Shown: positions 10,152-20,388, numbered from the stretch's first letter. The stretch is DNA of 64,000 nt from Bacteriovoracaceae bacterium (GCA_048270185.1 JBLWTJ010000003.1:192001-256000), one strand, 5' to 3'. Notes: generated by a model not told the origin, from the letters alone. Numbers and translations: made by a program.

Positions 10152-10666
10152 GCACTCAAGCAACTTATCAAGCAAGTGATGAACTAACGATTGGAAAGTG
10201 GTTTAATAATATCTGGACTGCAGTTAGAACGGTAACTAAAGGTCTTGGAATCACTTTTAAATATGTATACGGTGTTAAGCCTGTAACAATTGAATACCCA
10301 GAAGTTAGAGAGGAGCTTCCAAAGAACTCTCGTTCACGTCTTTTTAATGACGCTGAAAACTGTATCTCTTGTTACCAATGTGCAACAGCATGTCCAGTTG
10401 ACTGTATCTATATTACAGCTGTTAGACGTGAAAAAGATGCACCAGTACTTAAAACAAGTGGTGGAACTCCAATCAAGTTAGATCTACTTCAATACACAAT
10501 CGACACAGCTCTTTGCTGTTACTGTGGTCTTTGTACAACAGTTTGTCCTACTGAGTGTCTAACTCACACGACTGACTACGAATTCTCTCAATATACTCTT
10601 GATGAGATGAAGTATGACTACCTTGCTCCAGATATCAAAAAATGGCGTGAGCGTATTGTGAAGTAA
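10148..10666 (+). CDS. nuoI: NADH-quinone oxidoreductase subunit I
   Basis: Two CxxCxxCxxxCP motifs, VTIEYPE, operon context. Confidence 0.92.
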   Translation: MSTQATYQASDELTIGKWFNNIWTAVRTVTKGLGITFKYVYGVKPVTIEYPEVREELPKNSRSRLFNDAENCISCYQCATACPVDCIYITAVRREKDAPVLKTSGGTPIKLDLLQYTIDTALCCYCGLCTTVCPTECLTHTTDYEFSQYTLDEMKYDYLAPDIKKWRERIVK

Positions 10667-10689
10667 GCAACTTAAAAAAATGATTATAT

Positions 10690-10716
10690 AAGGCTCCGTT
10701 TGGAGCCTTTTTTTTT
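10690..10716 (+). terminator. intrinsic terminator of nuoBCDI
   Basis: aaggctcc-gttt-ggagcctt followed by a T-run. Confidence 0.88.
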
Positions 10717-10768
10717 GACACTGCTCAAGCCTTAAACACCCTAAGTTCTTAATATCCCATCAGAAATC

Positions 10769-10784
10769 TGGCACTTCTCTTGCT
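10769..10784 (+). promoter_or_regulatory. sigma54 (-24/-12) promoter
   Basis: TGGCAC-ttctc-TTGCT matches TGGCAC-N5-TTGCW, 39 nt upstream of the ATG. Confidence 0.75.
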
Positions 10785-10823
10785 CTATATAATCCTATCT
10801 TAAAAGTTTTTCTGGAGGATTAG

Positions 10824-11324
10824 ATGAAATCACTTATGAAAATTATGCTTCTTATGGCCCTAATGTTTAACTCATTTGCATCAGATAAGAAGATCATCAA
10901 GGCACTTGGCGATCTTAAAGTTGATGGGAAGCCTATGAAGTCTATCACTATTGAAGGGTCAAAGCTTTCAATCGGAGATGGTATCTCTAATCAATTCATG
11001 TTTGAATTTGATCCGAAGAATAAACGAATGAAAGAATTAATGATCGAAATCTTAAAAGAGAGCGATATAAATCTTTTAAAGAATTTAGAAGGAAAGATAG
11101 AGGCCCAGGTTCTAGTCTATGATGGTGAAGAAGTTAAGTTACTTGAAGCGATGGCACTTTTAGACTTTCTTGAGCGATGTGGCTTTGGTTGGATTTGTGA
11201 TGATGAAGACGATGAGGATGATGCAATCGAGCAAAGTGATTTAAAGCGTTTTGAAATTAAAGAATCTCAAATAATAAATAAAGAAGTAGTTAAGGCCGTA
11301 AAGTCTAACTCTTCTTTAAAGTAG
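10824..11324 (+). CDS. hypothetical secreted protein with acidic tract
   Basis: GGAGG RBS, signal peptide ending SFA, DDEDDEDD tract. Confidence 0.8.
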   Translation: MKSLMKIMLLMALMFNSFASDKKIIKALGDLKVDGKPMKSITIEGSKLSIGDGISNQFMFEFDPKNKRMKELMIEILKESDINLLKNLEGKIEAQVLVYDGEEVKLLEAMALLDFLERCGFGWICDDEDDEDDAIEQSDLKRFEIKESQIINKEVVKAVKSNSSLK

Positions 11325-12039
11325 ATAATTCCTTAGAAAACTCATTAATCTGGTCGAGCATCCTCTTGTGTGTCTCGGCCATAATTTCTTCAATATCATC
11401 TAGTGTCTTACCAACAGTTGAGATTGGCTCTAGTGCCTTCATAATTACTTTTCCAGGAACTAATTTCTTAAGATCAAATGATTCTTCATATTGAGAGAAG
11501 ACAACAGGATAGATAGGAAGTTGTCCTTCAATGGCCACAACAAATGGGCCCTTCTTAAACGGTAGTAGACCTCGACCTTTTGAACGAGTTCCTTCCGGCA
11601 TGATCCAAACATTGCAATTGTCTTCTTTAATCGTTCTTGCAACTTCCTTCATTACATTCCAGGCCTTCTTGCGATTGCCGCGGTTAATGAGGATATTTCC
11701 AGAAAGCCAGTACATTTGGCCAAAGAATGGAATATAGACAAGTGATTTTTTTCCAAGAGAAACAGTTCTCGTTGGAAGAATAGGGCCTACAAAGAAGATA
11801 TCAAGATTTGATTGATGGTTAGAAATAATAACACTATTTCTAATATACTTATGACCTTTAGGCATACGAGCATCAAGTTTAATATTTAAAAAGATGCGTG
11901 TTAGCCATGAGTAGTAAGTGGCAATAAAGTGCGTGTTACCACGATTGGCCGGTCTAAACATGCAAATTGGGATCCAGATAATTGTTCCAATAACAAGAAA
12001 TAGTCCAGCTAGAAATAGGCGAAAGTACATTAATAACAT
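11305..12039 (-). CDS. plsC: 1-acyl-sn-glycerol-3-phosphate acyltransferase
   Basis: SNHQSNLD (HxxxxD), PEGTRS, LLPFKKG. Confidence 0.93.
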   Translation of the reverse strand: MLLMYFRLFLAGLFLVIGTIIWIPICMFRPANRGNTHFIATYYSWLTRIFLNIKLDARMPKGHKYIRNSVIISNHQSNLDIFFVGPILPTRTVSLGKKSLVYIPFFGQMYWLSGNILINRGNRKKAWNVMKEVARTIKEDNCNVWIMPEGTRSKGRGLLPFKKGPFVVAIEGQLPIYPVVFSQYEESFDLKKLVPGKVIMKALEPISTVGKTLDDIEEIMAETHKRMLDQINEFSKELSTLKKS

Positions 12040-12115
12040 TTGTATTTTATATCATAAGAATCATCTCAATTTGATTCTTATTCCAAGCTCTCTTAACGTA
12101 TATTAGTTAGAATCG

Positions 12116-12562
12116 TTAAAATAAAGTAATAAGAATTACTGATCCGATGGCCATGAGGATTCCAAAGCCTTTCGTCATCGTAAGTGGAATATGCTCAATG
12201 AAAACATCCCAAAGAACGCTTGTTACCATTTGTGCAGCAATAAGGCCAACTGTTGTTTTTACTGCTCCAATCTCATAAATCCCAAGTGGAAGTCCAACAA
12301 CAAATAGAAATCCAAAAATACCAGGGATCACGTACCACCATTTAAATTGAAACTCTTTTAGACGAACAAAGTCAGGAAACATTTCAGGATTAGCTTTTAC
12401 GAAGAAGTAGAAACCAATACAAACAAGAAGAGTCACAACATTCCCTAGAAGCGCCATCCAAGTAAGACCAATATCATTTGTCATTAGACGGTTAAGAGCT
12501 CCTTGAAGGATTCCAATACAACCAATAAATAGAGGGACAATAATTGCAATATTTTGAGACAT
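12116..12562 (-). CDS. DMT family (YdcZ-like) membrane transporter
   Basis: About 5 TM helices, QGALN, WWYVIPGIFG, AAQMVTSVLWD. Confidence 0.8.
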   Translation of the reverse strand: MSQNIAIIVPLFIGCIGILQGALNRLMTNDIGLTWMALLGNVVTLLVCIGFYFFVKANPEMFPDFVRLKEFQFKWWYVIPGIFGFLFVVGLPLGIYEIGAVKTTVGLIAAQMVTSVLWDVFIEHIPLTMTKGFGILMAIGSVILITLF

Positions 12563-12575
12563 TCTTTTTCCTATT

Positions 12576-13772
12576 TTATTTTTTTAGTAGTGTTAAGCCT
12601 TTAAGGTAATCACCTTCAATAAAGCCTTTAAGAGAAGGGCAATCTTCCACAAGTTTTAGTGCACCTGTGATACTGATTTTTCTCTTTCCAATATATTCTT
12701 TAATTTTCGTTTCAAACTTCTTTCTCGTTACAGAATGAGTATTTAAAAAGATATGGGCCTTACCACCTTTATTTAAAATCATATCAAAAAGTGGAACTAG
12801 GTCTTTATAAGCATCAATAGCTTTAGATACTTTCTTCCCATCACTTGAAGCACTTGGTGGATCACAGATGATAAGATCGAATTTTGTACCATCAGCTTTA
12901 AATTTTTCAAGGGCCTTAATTGTTGGCATACAAAGAGAAGTATTTCCCTCCATTGCATTTAGATCAAGGTTTTCTTGTAGCCAGTCTAGGTACTTATTCG
13001 AAAGATCAACACTTGTCACTTCTGTTGCACCATTCTTTAATGCGAATAAAGAGTAAGCGCCAGTGTAGCTATATAGGTTAAGAACAGATTTACCTTCGAA
13101 ATCATCTTTGATGCGATTTCTAATACCGGCCATGTCTGTATAAATTCCGATGTCATAGAATTGGTTTAGACGAATCTGATACTTGATACCAAATTCTTCA
13201 ATGACGAATTCTTCTTCAGTTAAATTCTTATTAGTAGCACAGTAGAACTCTTTCTTTCTTTTAAGATTTCTCTTTTGTACCCAAACAGTGTCTTTAGGGA
13301 AGAAGTCTTTAACAATTCTTAGAACATCTTTTTCAAAGTGGTTCCAGAAGTTTGCATAGAATTGAATGAGGATGCGATCTTTTAGACGTATGATAAAAAG
13401 CCCCGGAAGGTAATCAGTTTCACCAAAAGCGAGGTAGTAATTTTCACGCCCTAAGTCTCCACCTCTGGCTTCAAATGAAGCTTGCATTCTTTCTCTTAGT
13501 TCAAAGTAGAAGTCCTTAGGGCCAAGATGTGATCCTTCTCCAATGCGCCAAACACGAGCAAGAACAGTGTCATGTGTAGGATCATTTAGAAGGATTGCAA
13601 ATTTCTTCTCATCTAATTTTGCCGTCACAAAAGGTGAACCTTTCGGGAATCTTTGAGAGTAGCTATCTTTTGTAATCCAAGGGTGATCCTTGAAAATATA
13701 CTTTATACTTGCTGGGTGGAGGTCAACTCGTGGAGTACGGATGCGACTGCGCCCAGTGGATTTTTTGTTCAT
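12576..13772 (-). CDS. class I SAM-dependent rRNA methyltransferase (RlmI/RlmK-like)
   Basis: HPWI, VLNLYSYTGAYS, FDLIICDPPS, YLKG. Confidence 0.88.
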   Translation of the reverse strand: MNKKSTGRSRIRTPRVDLHPASIKYIFKDHPWITKDSYSQRFPKGSPFVTAKLDEKKFAILLNDPTHDTVLARVWRIGEGSHLGPKDFYFELRERMQASFEARGGDLGRENYYLAFGETDYLPGLFIIRLKDRILIQFYANFWNHFEKDVLRIVKDFFPKDTVWVQKRNLKRKKEFYCATNKNLTEEEFVIEEFGIKYQIRLNQFYDIGIYTDMAGIRNRIKDDFEGKSVLNLYSYTGAYSLFALKNGATEVTSVDLSNKYLDWLQENLDLNAMEGNTSLCMPTIKALEKFKADGTKFDLIICDPPSASSDGKKVSKAIDAYKDLVPLFDMILNKGGKAHIFLNTHSVTRKKFETKIKEYIGKRKISITGALKLVEDCPSLKGFIEGDYLKGLTLLKK

Positions 13773-13775
13773 TTT

Positions 13776-14084
13776 CTATCTTTCTTGTTGTGATTGTTCT
13801 TCGAGCTTAATTCTGTATTGCAGATTATTCTCAAGAAGCAGTAGGAGTTTATTTGTTATATCAAATGGGTTTGATAGATCGATGATCCCATATTCTTGCA
13901 GACGAAACTTTGTTTCTAAATCCAAATTTACATAAGGATCAAAAGTGTCACAAAAACTTCTCAGTTCGGCCAGGGCTTCGTCATTTAGATAGAAGTCTGG
14001 GCGAACAATATCTTGCTCGATTTGAGTCTGCTGATTTTGGTGACTCTTATTCTGAATTTGAAATACTTCGTCTCTTGTTTCCAT
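13776..14084 (-). CDS. hypothetical protein
   Basis: 102-aa ORF directly upstream of the methyltransferase (3-nt gap). Confidence 0.65.
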   Translation of the reverse strand: METRDEVFQIQNKSHQNQQTQIEQDIVRPDFYLNDEALAELRSFCDTFDPYVNLDLETKFRLQEYGIIDLSNPFDITNKLLLLLENNLQYRIKLEEQSQQER

Positions 14085-14138
14085 TAAATATTGTTATTTC
14101 AGATACATAGCGTTACGTCAAGATATGGAGGTAAACAC

Positions 14139-14999
14139 ATGGCCATTTTAAGTTTTTTTCTTATAACAATTTCCGTCCTATTTATTCCAACTGAGAAGCT
14201 TTTATCTAAATTCAGTGACTTAAGGAAGAAGTATCGAACTCGTTACCAAAGAGGGAAGGATTTACTCATCGAGTTAACAAGTCTCCACTTGTTAGGGGAT
14301 TTGACTCACTTATCTAGTTATAAGTTCTATGAGACCCTCATTCTTGAGATAGCCATCGTCACAAAAGAGTATGGTGTAGCAACTTCAAAGACCTTATCTA
14401 AGATCCGCCATGCACTTTCTAAGGACTTAGTAATTGAAAAGAAGCTGGCCGCTACAATTAGTGAAACTTACTTTCAGTTCTTCTTGTCACAGGCCTTAAC
14501 GGTTTTATTGAGTATCTTCTCGTCTTCAATTCTAGAGCTTGAAATTGATTTGACCTTTCTTTTGTTTGCTTCTCTATATAGTTTAATTGGATACTTTACT
14601 TTCGCACTTATTATTAAAAAACTTGAAAGGAGATTATTGTCTCCTGTTGGCCAGGCCCTTAAGTCATTTCTAATTTTTAAGATGCTCTACGATGTCGGGG
14701 CCCCTCTCAATTATCTTATTGAAAAATCTAAAATAAACTGCCTTATGGACCTTAAGACATCTTTCTCACACGAACTTTATCGACGCTTAGCTGCATTAGT
14801 GGAGCTTCGCCAAAACCAGGGGATGGAGATAAAAGAGGACCTTGAGTCGATGGAGATTGGCCTATGGGATGAGTATCAAGGCCAGAACGAAGCCTTAAGT
14901 AGTCGTGTCACTATCCTTAAGTTTGTCTGGCTTATAATCTTTTTCTTTACTCCGTACGTTGCTAACTTCTTCAGGCTCGTAACTCGTTTAAATCTTTAG
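14139..14999 (+). CDS. TadB/TadC-like (T2SS F-type) inner-membrane platform protein
   Basis: GGAGG RBS before ATG 14139; EYGV..LSKIRHAL..D pattern; several TM helices; Tad genes nearby. Confidence 0.5.
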   Translation: MAILSFFLITISVLFIPTEKLLSKFSDLRKKYRTRYQRGKDLLIELTSLHLLGDLTHLSSYKFYETLILEIAIVTKEYGVATSKTLSKIRHALSKDLVIEKKLAATISETYFQFFLSQALTVLLSIFSSSILELEIDLTFLLFASLYSLIGYFTFALIIKKLERRLLSPVGQALKSFLIFKMLYDVGAPLNYLIEKSKINCLMDLKTSFSHELYRRLAALVELRQNQGMEIKEDLESMEIGLWDEYQGQNEALSSRVTILKFVWLIIFFFTPYVANFFRLVTRLNL

Positions 15000-15080
15000 T
15001 TTGAGCTGCGCTGAATGATTGATCTTCTATTGTTTTAACGGTAATTTGTATAGGTTAAATTTTAAACTGGAGCAGCTACA

Positions 15081-16766
15081 ATGGCCTATCAAAATGATAA
15101 GCAAATTATTTATTCAATGAATCGTGTTGGAAAAGTCTATAAACAAAAACACGTTCTAAAAGATATCTCACTATCATACTTCTATGGAGCTAAGATTGGT
15201 GTACTCGGTCTTAATGGTGCTGGTAAGTCGACACTTCTTAAGATCATGGCAGGACTTGATCAAGACCATCTTGGTGAAACTCACTTAGCAAAAAATTATT
15301 CAGTTGGATACCTTGAGCAAGAGCCAAAACTTGACCCAGAACTAACTGTTAGAGAAGTTGTCCAGCAAGGTTGTCAGGAGACAGTTGATCTACTTGCTAA
15401 GTTTGATGAGATCTCTGCTAAGTTCATGGAACCAATGTCAGATGACGAAATGAATGACCTACTTGATAAGCAAGCAAAGCTTCAAGATAAACTTGATGCC
15501 GCTGATGCTTGGACTCTTGATAGTCAACTCGATCTAGCGATGGAAGCACTAAATTGTCCGCCATCAGATGCAAAGTGTGGAAATCTATCAGGTGGAGAAA
15601 AGAGGAGGGTTGCCCTTTGTCGTCTACTTCTTCAAAAACCAGATATCCTTCTACTGGATGAGCCAACAAACCACCTTGATGCAGAAACTGTATGGTGGCT
15701 TGAAAGACACCTTCAACAATACAAAGGAACTGTTATTGCCGTAACACACGACCGTTACTTCCTTGATAATGTTGCCGGTTGGATTCTAGAGCTTGACCGT
15801 GGTCAAGGAATTCCATTCGAAGGTAATTACACTGGTTGGCTAGAAACGAAAGCAAAACGTCTTGCCCAAGAAGAAAAGCAAGAGTCAAAAAGACAAAAGG
15901 CCATGAAAGAAGAGCTTGAGTGGATTCGCTCAAACCCTAAAGCACGTCAGGCCAAGTCAAAAGCTCGTATCAAAAACTACGAAGAAAGAGCAAAAATTTC
16001 AAACGAAAAGAGAAACGAAACAAATGACTTATTTATTCCACCGGGGCCTCGTCTTGGTGATAAAGTTATCGTTGCTCAAGGAGTTTCAAAAGCATTTGAT
16101 GATAAGCTTCTTTATGAAGACCTCGAGTTCTCTCTTCCTCCAGGAGGGATCGTTGGGATTATCGGTCCAAACGGTGCAGGTAAGACGACACTATTTAAAA
16201 TGATTACAGGGCAAGAGAAGCCAACTGCTGGTACTTTTGATGTTGGTGAAACTGTTAAGCTTGCATATGTTGATCAAGGACGCGAGCTAGATCCAAATAA
16301 AACGATTTACGATGTCGTTGCTGATGGACATGAATTGATTACAGTTGGTGGCCAGGAAGTAAACTCTCGTGCGTATATTGCAAAGTTCAATTTCTCTGGT
16401 GAAGACCAAAAGAAGAAGGTTACTGAACTTTCTGGTGGAGAAAGAAACCGTGTTCACCTTGCAAAAGTTCTTAAAGAAGGTGGAAATGTACTTCTACTAG
16501 ATGAGCCAACAAACGACCTTGATGTTAATACTCTTCAAGCTCTTGAGAAGGCCCTTGTCGACTATGCTGGTTGTGCTGTTATTATTTCCCATGATCGCTT
16601 CTTCTTAGACCGTCTTGCTACACATATTCTTGCCTTTGAAGGTGAGGGTAAAGCTGTGTGGTTTGAAGGAAACTTTGCTGAGTACGAAGAGGATAAGAGA
16701 AAGCGTCTAGGAGATGCTGCAATCAATCCTAAGCGTTACACTTATAAGAAACTAACAAGAGATTAA
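15081..16766 (+). CDS. ettA: energy-dependent translational throttle protein (ABC-F)
   Basis: GAKIGVLGLNGAGKST, ELEWIRSNPKARQAKSKAR, IPPGPRLGDKVI; two NBDs and no TM segments. Confidence 0.96.
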   Translation: MAYQNDKQIIYSMNRVGKVYKQKHVLKDISLSYFYGAKIGVLGLNGAGKSTLLKIMAGLDQDHLGETHLAKNYSVGYLEQEPKLDPELTVREVVQQGCQETVDLLAKFDEISAKFMEPMSDDEMNDLLDKQAKLQDKLDAADAWTLDSQLDLAMEALNCPPSDAKCGNLSGGEKRRVALCRLLLQKPDILLLDEPTNHLDAETVWWLERHLQQYKGTVIAVTHDRYFLDNVAGWILELDRGQGIPFEGNYTGWLETKAKRLAQEEKQESKRQKAMKEELEWIRSNPKARQAKSKARIKNYEERAKISNEKRNETNDLFIPPGPRLGDKVIVAQGVSKAFDDKLLYEDLEFSLPPGGIVGIIGPNGAGKTTLFKMITGQEKPTAGTFDVGETVKLAYVDQGRELDPNKTIYDVVADGHELITVGGQEVNSRAYIAKFNFSGEDQKKKVTELSGGERNRVHLAKVLKEGGNVLLLDEPTNDLDVNTLQALEKALVDYAGCAVIISHDRFFLDRLATHILAFEGEGKAVWFEGNFAEYEEDKRKRLGDAAINPKRYTYKKLTRD

Positions 16767-16769
16767 TAC

Positions 16770-17810
16770 TTGAGAAGTGTTTATAAATTTGGTGGTAGCT
16801 CAATTAAAAGTGCTACCACCATTAAAGAAATCGCTGAGTTAATTTGTCATTGTCCAAACGACGCTCTTGTTGTTCTATCGGCAACATATAATTCAACGAA
16901 TGAGCTTGAAGAAATCTATCATAGTGAAAGTCATCTTCAGGAAGATCTCATTAAGGTTTTCTTTGATAAGCACAATAGTATAATATCTGAGCTAGGTTTA
17001 AACCTAAGCCTTGAGCATATTAAGGCCGAGCTTTGTGAAAGTCTTTTAAATGATAGTGGAGCAGATACTCTCGATTCGATCTATTGTATCGGTGAGCGTA
17101 CCTCAACGGCAATTCTTAGTAGCTACTTAACAAAGCTTGGTAAAGATCATCATCATGCCGACGCCCGAGATTTCATTACAACAAATACTGATTTTAATAG
17201 TGCGAAAGTACTCTTTAAAAATACAAAAGAGAAATGTCGTCAGCTAACAAAACATAAGCTTGTTATCACACAAGGCTTTATTGGAAGAACTCTTGATGGT
17301 AAAACTTCGACTCTCGGACGAGAAGGTTCTGATTACTCAGCGGCTATTTTTGCATGGGCCTTAGAAGATGTTAGTGAGCTTATCATTTGGAAAGATGTCC
17401 GTGGTATTTACGGGCATGATCCAAAGGTTCTCTCCAATGCTCCTCTGATATCTGCTCTAAGCTATCGCCAGACAAATCTATTAACAAACAAAGGTGCTAA
17501 GATCCTCTTTCATCGTACGATGAATCCTCTTATTGAAAAGGGACTACCGTTAATTGTAAAAAGTGTATTCCATCCGGAAGAGACCGGGACTCGTATCAGT
17601 GCAGAGGAGCGTGGAGCCTTTAAGGCCATCTCAACTGAAGATTCAACCATCACAGTCTTTGGTCAGGCCTTTGAAGATGTAAAACTTATTACTCATGCTT
17701 TTGAACTAGATGAGAATAATGATGATTACTTCTCGCTAAAAGTTAACCCACAAGAGATGAATGAGTGGATAAACCTCTTTGGTGATCAGCTATTTGGTTC
17801 TCATAAATAA
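16770..17810 (+). CDS. lysC: aspartate kinase (short C-terminus)
   Basis: VYKFGGSS, VVLSA, TQGFIG, TLGREGSDYSA, WKDV.G....DP. Confidence 0.88.
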   Translation: MRSVYKFGGSSIKSATTIKEIAELICHCPNDALVVLSATYNSTNELEEIYHSESHLQEDLIKVFFDKHNSIISELGLNLSLEHIKAELCESLLNDSGADTLDSIYCIGERTSTAILSSYLTKLGKDHHHADARDFITTNTDFNSAKVLFKNTKEKCRQLTKHKLVITQGFIGRTLDGKTSTLGREGSDYSAAIFAWALEDVSELIIWKDVRGIYGHDPKVLSNAPLISALSYRQTNLLTNKGAKILFHRTMNPLIEKGLPLIVKSVFHPEETGTRISAEERGAFKAISTEDSTITVFGQAFEDVKLITHAFELDENNDDYFSLKVNPQEMNEWINLFGDQLFGSHK

Positions 17811-18891
17811 CTGAAAAGATTGGCGTGTCATTTTCACTTCCATGAACTTCGATAATCTCTTTTACTTTCTTGTCCTCAAGAAAGATGACGTTATCAACAC
17901 TCTGGCATATTAGTTTTAATATTTGAGAAAAATCGATACCGTTTTTACTATTTGAAAAAATCGAAAAGAGAGTCGTTAGCCTTAAAAGAGTATCCTTGGC
18001 GTTATTGGCATGAATTGTTGTCATCATTCCTTTATGACCAGTATTCATCGCCAAGATAAAAGGAATGATTTCTTGTGAGCGTATTTCTCCAAGTAGGATT
18101 CTCTTTGGTGACATTCTAAGGGCATAACTACAATAATCGTTTAAGCTCTTTCCTGGGCTATCGTGGGCCAGGAGGTGAGTGGTATTTGAAATATCCCCAT
18201 CAATCTCTGAAACGTCTTCTATTATAATATGATGCTCTTTTTCATCACAAAGGCTTTTACAAACTCTAAGGAAACTAGTTTTTCCGCTGGCCGTAGAACC
18301 TGCAATCACAATATTCTTATAATTTGCAATGAGCCCATCAATTGCTATTCTAACTTCCTTTGTTAATGTGAAATCTGCCAAGGTGAAATTCTCTTTCTTA
18401 TGTACACGAATAAATAACTTTGCTGACTTTGAAGGTGTCAGGGATGGATGAGAGAGGGAGAGTCTTAAGTCAATTTCTCCTTTTGTTGTTTTTCTCGTAT
18501 CTTTGAAAGAAGCGAAAGGATGAGCAAAGTTCCAATCAATATTGAGTTTTCTTGTTAAGAAATTTAAACTGAGCTCGTAATCCTGTTGATTTAAGAATTC
18601 AACTTTAAGCTTGATTGTCTCCTGTCCCTCAACTTGTACATCACTTGGTGAGTGGATGATAAATTCATTTGCCTCATACATTTCAAGTAGGTCATTAATA
18701 TAGTCTTGATGGTAAACTTTATTAAACCAGGCTTTGACTGATTCAATATTTGAAATATCTTCTTGTTTGAGATTGTTTCGATTAAGAGTTTCTATGATGA
18801 TATTATCAAAATTAATAAATTGAGACTTTTTAGACGCTTCAATGATAGATGTCTTAAATTCATTAAAGAAGTATTGATCGATTGAGTTCAT
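17743..18891 (-). CDS. cpaF: CpaF/TadA family pilus assembly ATPase
   Basis: AGSTASGKTS, IIIED..E, ALRMSPKRILLGEIR, AMNTGH.G..TTIHAN. Confidence 0.88.
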   Translation of the reverse strand: MNSIDQYFFNEFKTSIIEASKKSQFINFDNIIIETLNRNNLKQEDISNIESVKAWFNKVYHQDYINDLLEMYEANEFIIHSPSDVQVEGQETIKLKVEFLNQQDYELSLNFLTRKLNIDWNFAHPFASFKDTRKTTKGEIDLRLSLSHPSLTPSKSAKLFIRVHKKENFTLADFTLTKEVRIAIDGLIANYKNIVIAGSTASGKTSFLRVCKSLCDEKEHHIIIEDVSEIDGDISNTTHLLAHDSPGKSLNDYCSYALRMSPKRILLGEIRSQEIIPFILAMNTGHKGMMTTIHANNAKDTLLRLTTLFSIFSNSKNGIDFSQILKLICQSVDNVIFLEDKKVKEIIEVHGSENDTPIFSVIYENQIADHQRGLSTHSSLVG

Positions 18892-18900
18892 TAGATTCCT

Positions 18901-20160
18901 TTATCGTAATTTCGCGATAGCAATAATTCGTTTATATGTTTTAAACTTTGCTGAAGAAGAAAATAGCTTTCCTAAGACTGGTATATTTCCTAGTAGAGGA
19001 ATATTTCGTGAAGAGTTGTCATCTGTTGTCAGATCAACTTCAAACATTTGAATGGCTGAATCCTTTCCAATTAGAAAACTCGATTGCTGAACATTACCTG
19101 ATATATATGTATCACCATTGAGCTGAGTCATAGGCCTTGTAAGCTTTGTTTTATACTTTATTTTGTAGCGATTATTGATTCGACTCAGTGTTAAATCAAT
19201 TTTTAATCCTGCAAATTTCCATTGGGTATTATTTCCATTATTCACTGTTGTCGTCGTATAGGGAACTTCAGATCCAATTTGGACAATCGATTTTTCATTC
19301 GTACGAAGGAGGATTTTCTGTGTCGCAAGTGTAGAGACTTCATAATCAGTATCCCTAAGGAGTATATTTTGATTTCTTGTTAAAGCGATCGCACCATTAT
19401 CAAGAAGGTCTGTAAGACCAACATTGATTTGATCGAGTCCAAAGTTAATTTCTCTTCCATCGAGTCTTTCAATTTGAATAATTCTCATTTCCAATTTGTG
19501 ATTATCTAAATTATCAAATCTTTGGGATAGCCTAAATTTAACAAAGTATTTTTTCTCTATTGGGGCCAAGAATTTCTGATCTTTTAAAATCTCTTCACTT
19601 GTCTCACATATAATATCAAGTTGAGACTTCATACATCTGATATCATCATAGTAGTTTTGAAAGAAACGATGATGAACTTCTGATATAATACTCTTTGCAA
19701 CTTTATCTTCGAGCTTACCTTGGAAGATGATCTCTTGGTTTTTTTGAAGTAGAGGTCTTAAGACTAAGTACTGCTCAGTTGTTCTAATATTTCCTGTAAT
19801 AAAGAGACGATCTCCTTTAATTCTTCCTGTGATGCCAAAATTCTTTAGATTCGCTAAGATCTCAAGCATTTTAAATTGACCGGCCTTAGAAAGAACATAT
19901 ATCGATATCGTACGCTTTTGATTATTCTGCCAAAGAGTGATGATTGAGCGTCCTTTCATTGAGCCCTTAATCAATAATTTTGAGTTGGCCTTATCGTGCT
20001 TACTTGTTAGGATCTCCTTGTTTGAGATACTGAAGCTTTCCACTCCCTTTAACGAAATTTCAGTAACTTGGCCTATGCTGAGAGTGATCTGGTTCTGCTT
20101 TACTGCGTAAACATTGAAATTTACGACAGATATTAAGGTAATCACTTTGACAAATGGCAT
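18901..20160 (-). CDS. CpaC/RcpA-like pilus secretin
   Basis: N-terminal pilus-formation domain pattern, GSEVPY, WKFAGL, IPLLGNIPVLGKLFSS. Start moved to 20160 because the upstream ORF extension overlaps a + strand gene. Confidence 0.82.
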   Translation of the reverse strand: MPFVKVITLISVVNFNVYAVKQNQITLSIGQVTEISLKGVESFSISNKEILTSKHDKANSKLLIKGSMKGRSIITLWQNNQKRTISIYVLSKAGQFKMLEILANLKNFGITGRIKGDRLFITGNIRTTEQYLVLRPLLQKNQEIIFQGKLEDKVAKSIISEVHHRFFQNYYDDIRCMKSQLDIICETSEEILKDQKFLAPIEKKYFVKFRLSQRFDNLDNHKLEMRIIQIERLDGREINFGLDQINVGLTDLLDNGAIALTRNQNILLRDTDYEVSTLATQKILLRTNEKSIVQIGSEVPYTTTTVNNGNNTQWKFAGLKIDLTLSRINNRYKIKYKTKLTRPMTQLNGDTYISGNVQQSSFLIGKDSAIQMFEVDLTTDDNSSRNIPLLGNIPVLGKLFSSSAKFKTYKRIIAIAKLR

Positions 20161-20233
20161 GAATCTTAGTAAAAAGTCATACTCAAAAGCTGTTTTAAAT
20201 TTAGTTTTGTATATATTATTGAGGAGATAAATC

Positions 20234-20359
20234 ATGGTTTCAAGAACTCGTATCACAAGAAACAAGCGTAATGCTAAGAAAACAAAAATGGGTGCTAAGA
20301 GAAAAGCGCATAACAGAAACAAGGGAACAACTCCTAAGTTTAAAATTCATTTAGATTAA
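20234..20359 (+). CDS. small highly basic protein, 41 aa (not in ORF track)
   Basis: GAGGAG RBS, then MVSRTRITRNKRNAKKTKMGAKRKAHNRNKGTTPKFKIHLD*, followed by its own terminator. Confidence 0.8.
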   Translation: MVSRTRITRNKRNAKKTKMGAKRKAHNRNKGTTPKFKIHLD

Positions 20360-20388
20360 TATTAAATTTTTCTATTGATATATAAGAT

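Noticed and set aside
20161..20322. N-terminal 54 aa of the 473-aa secretin ORF
   Set aside because: It is the antisense shadow of the 41-aa + strand gene; a more plausible start is at 20160.
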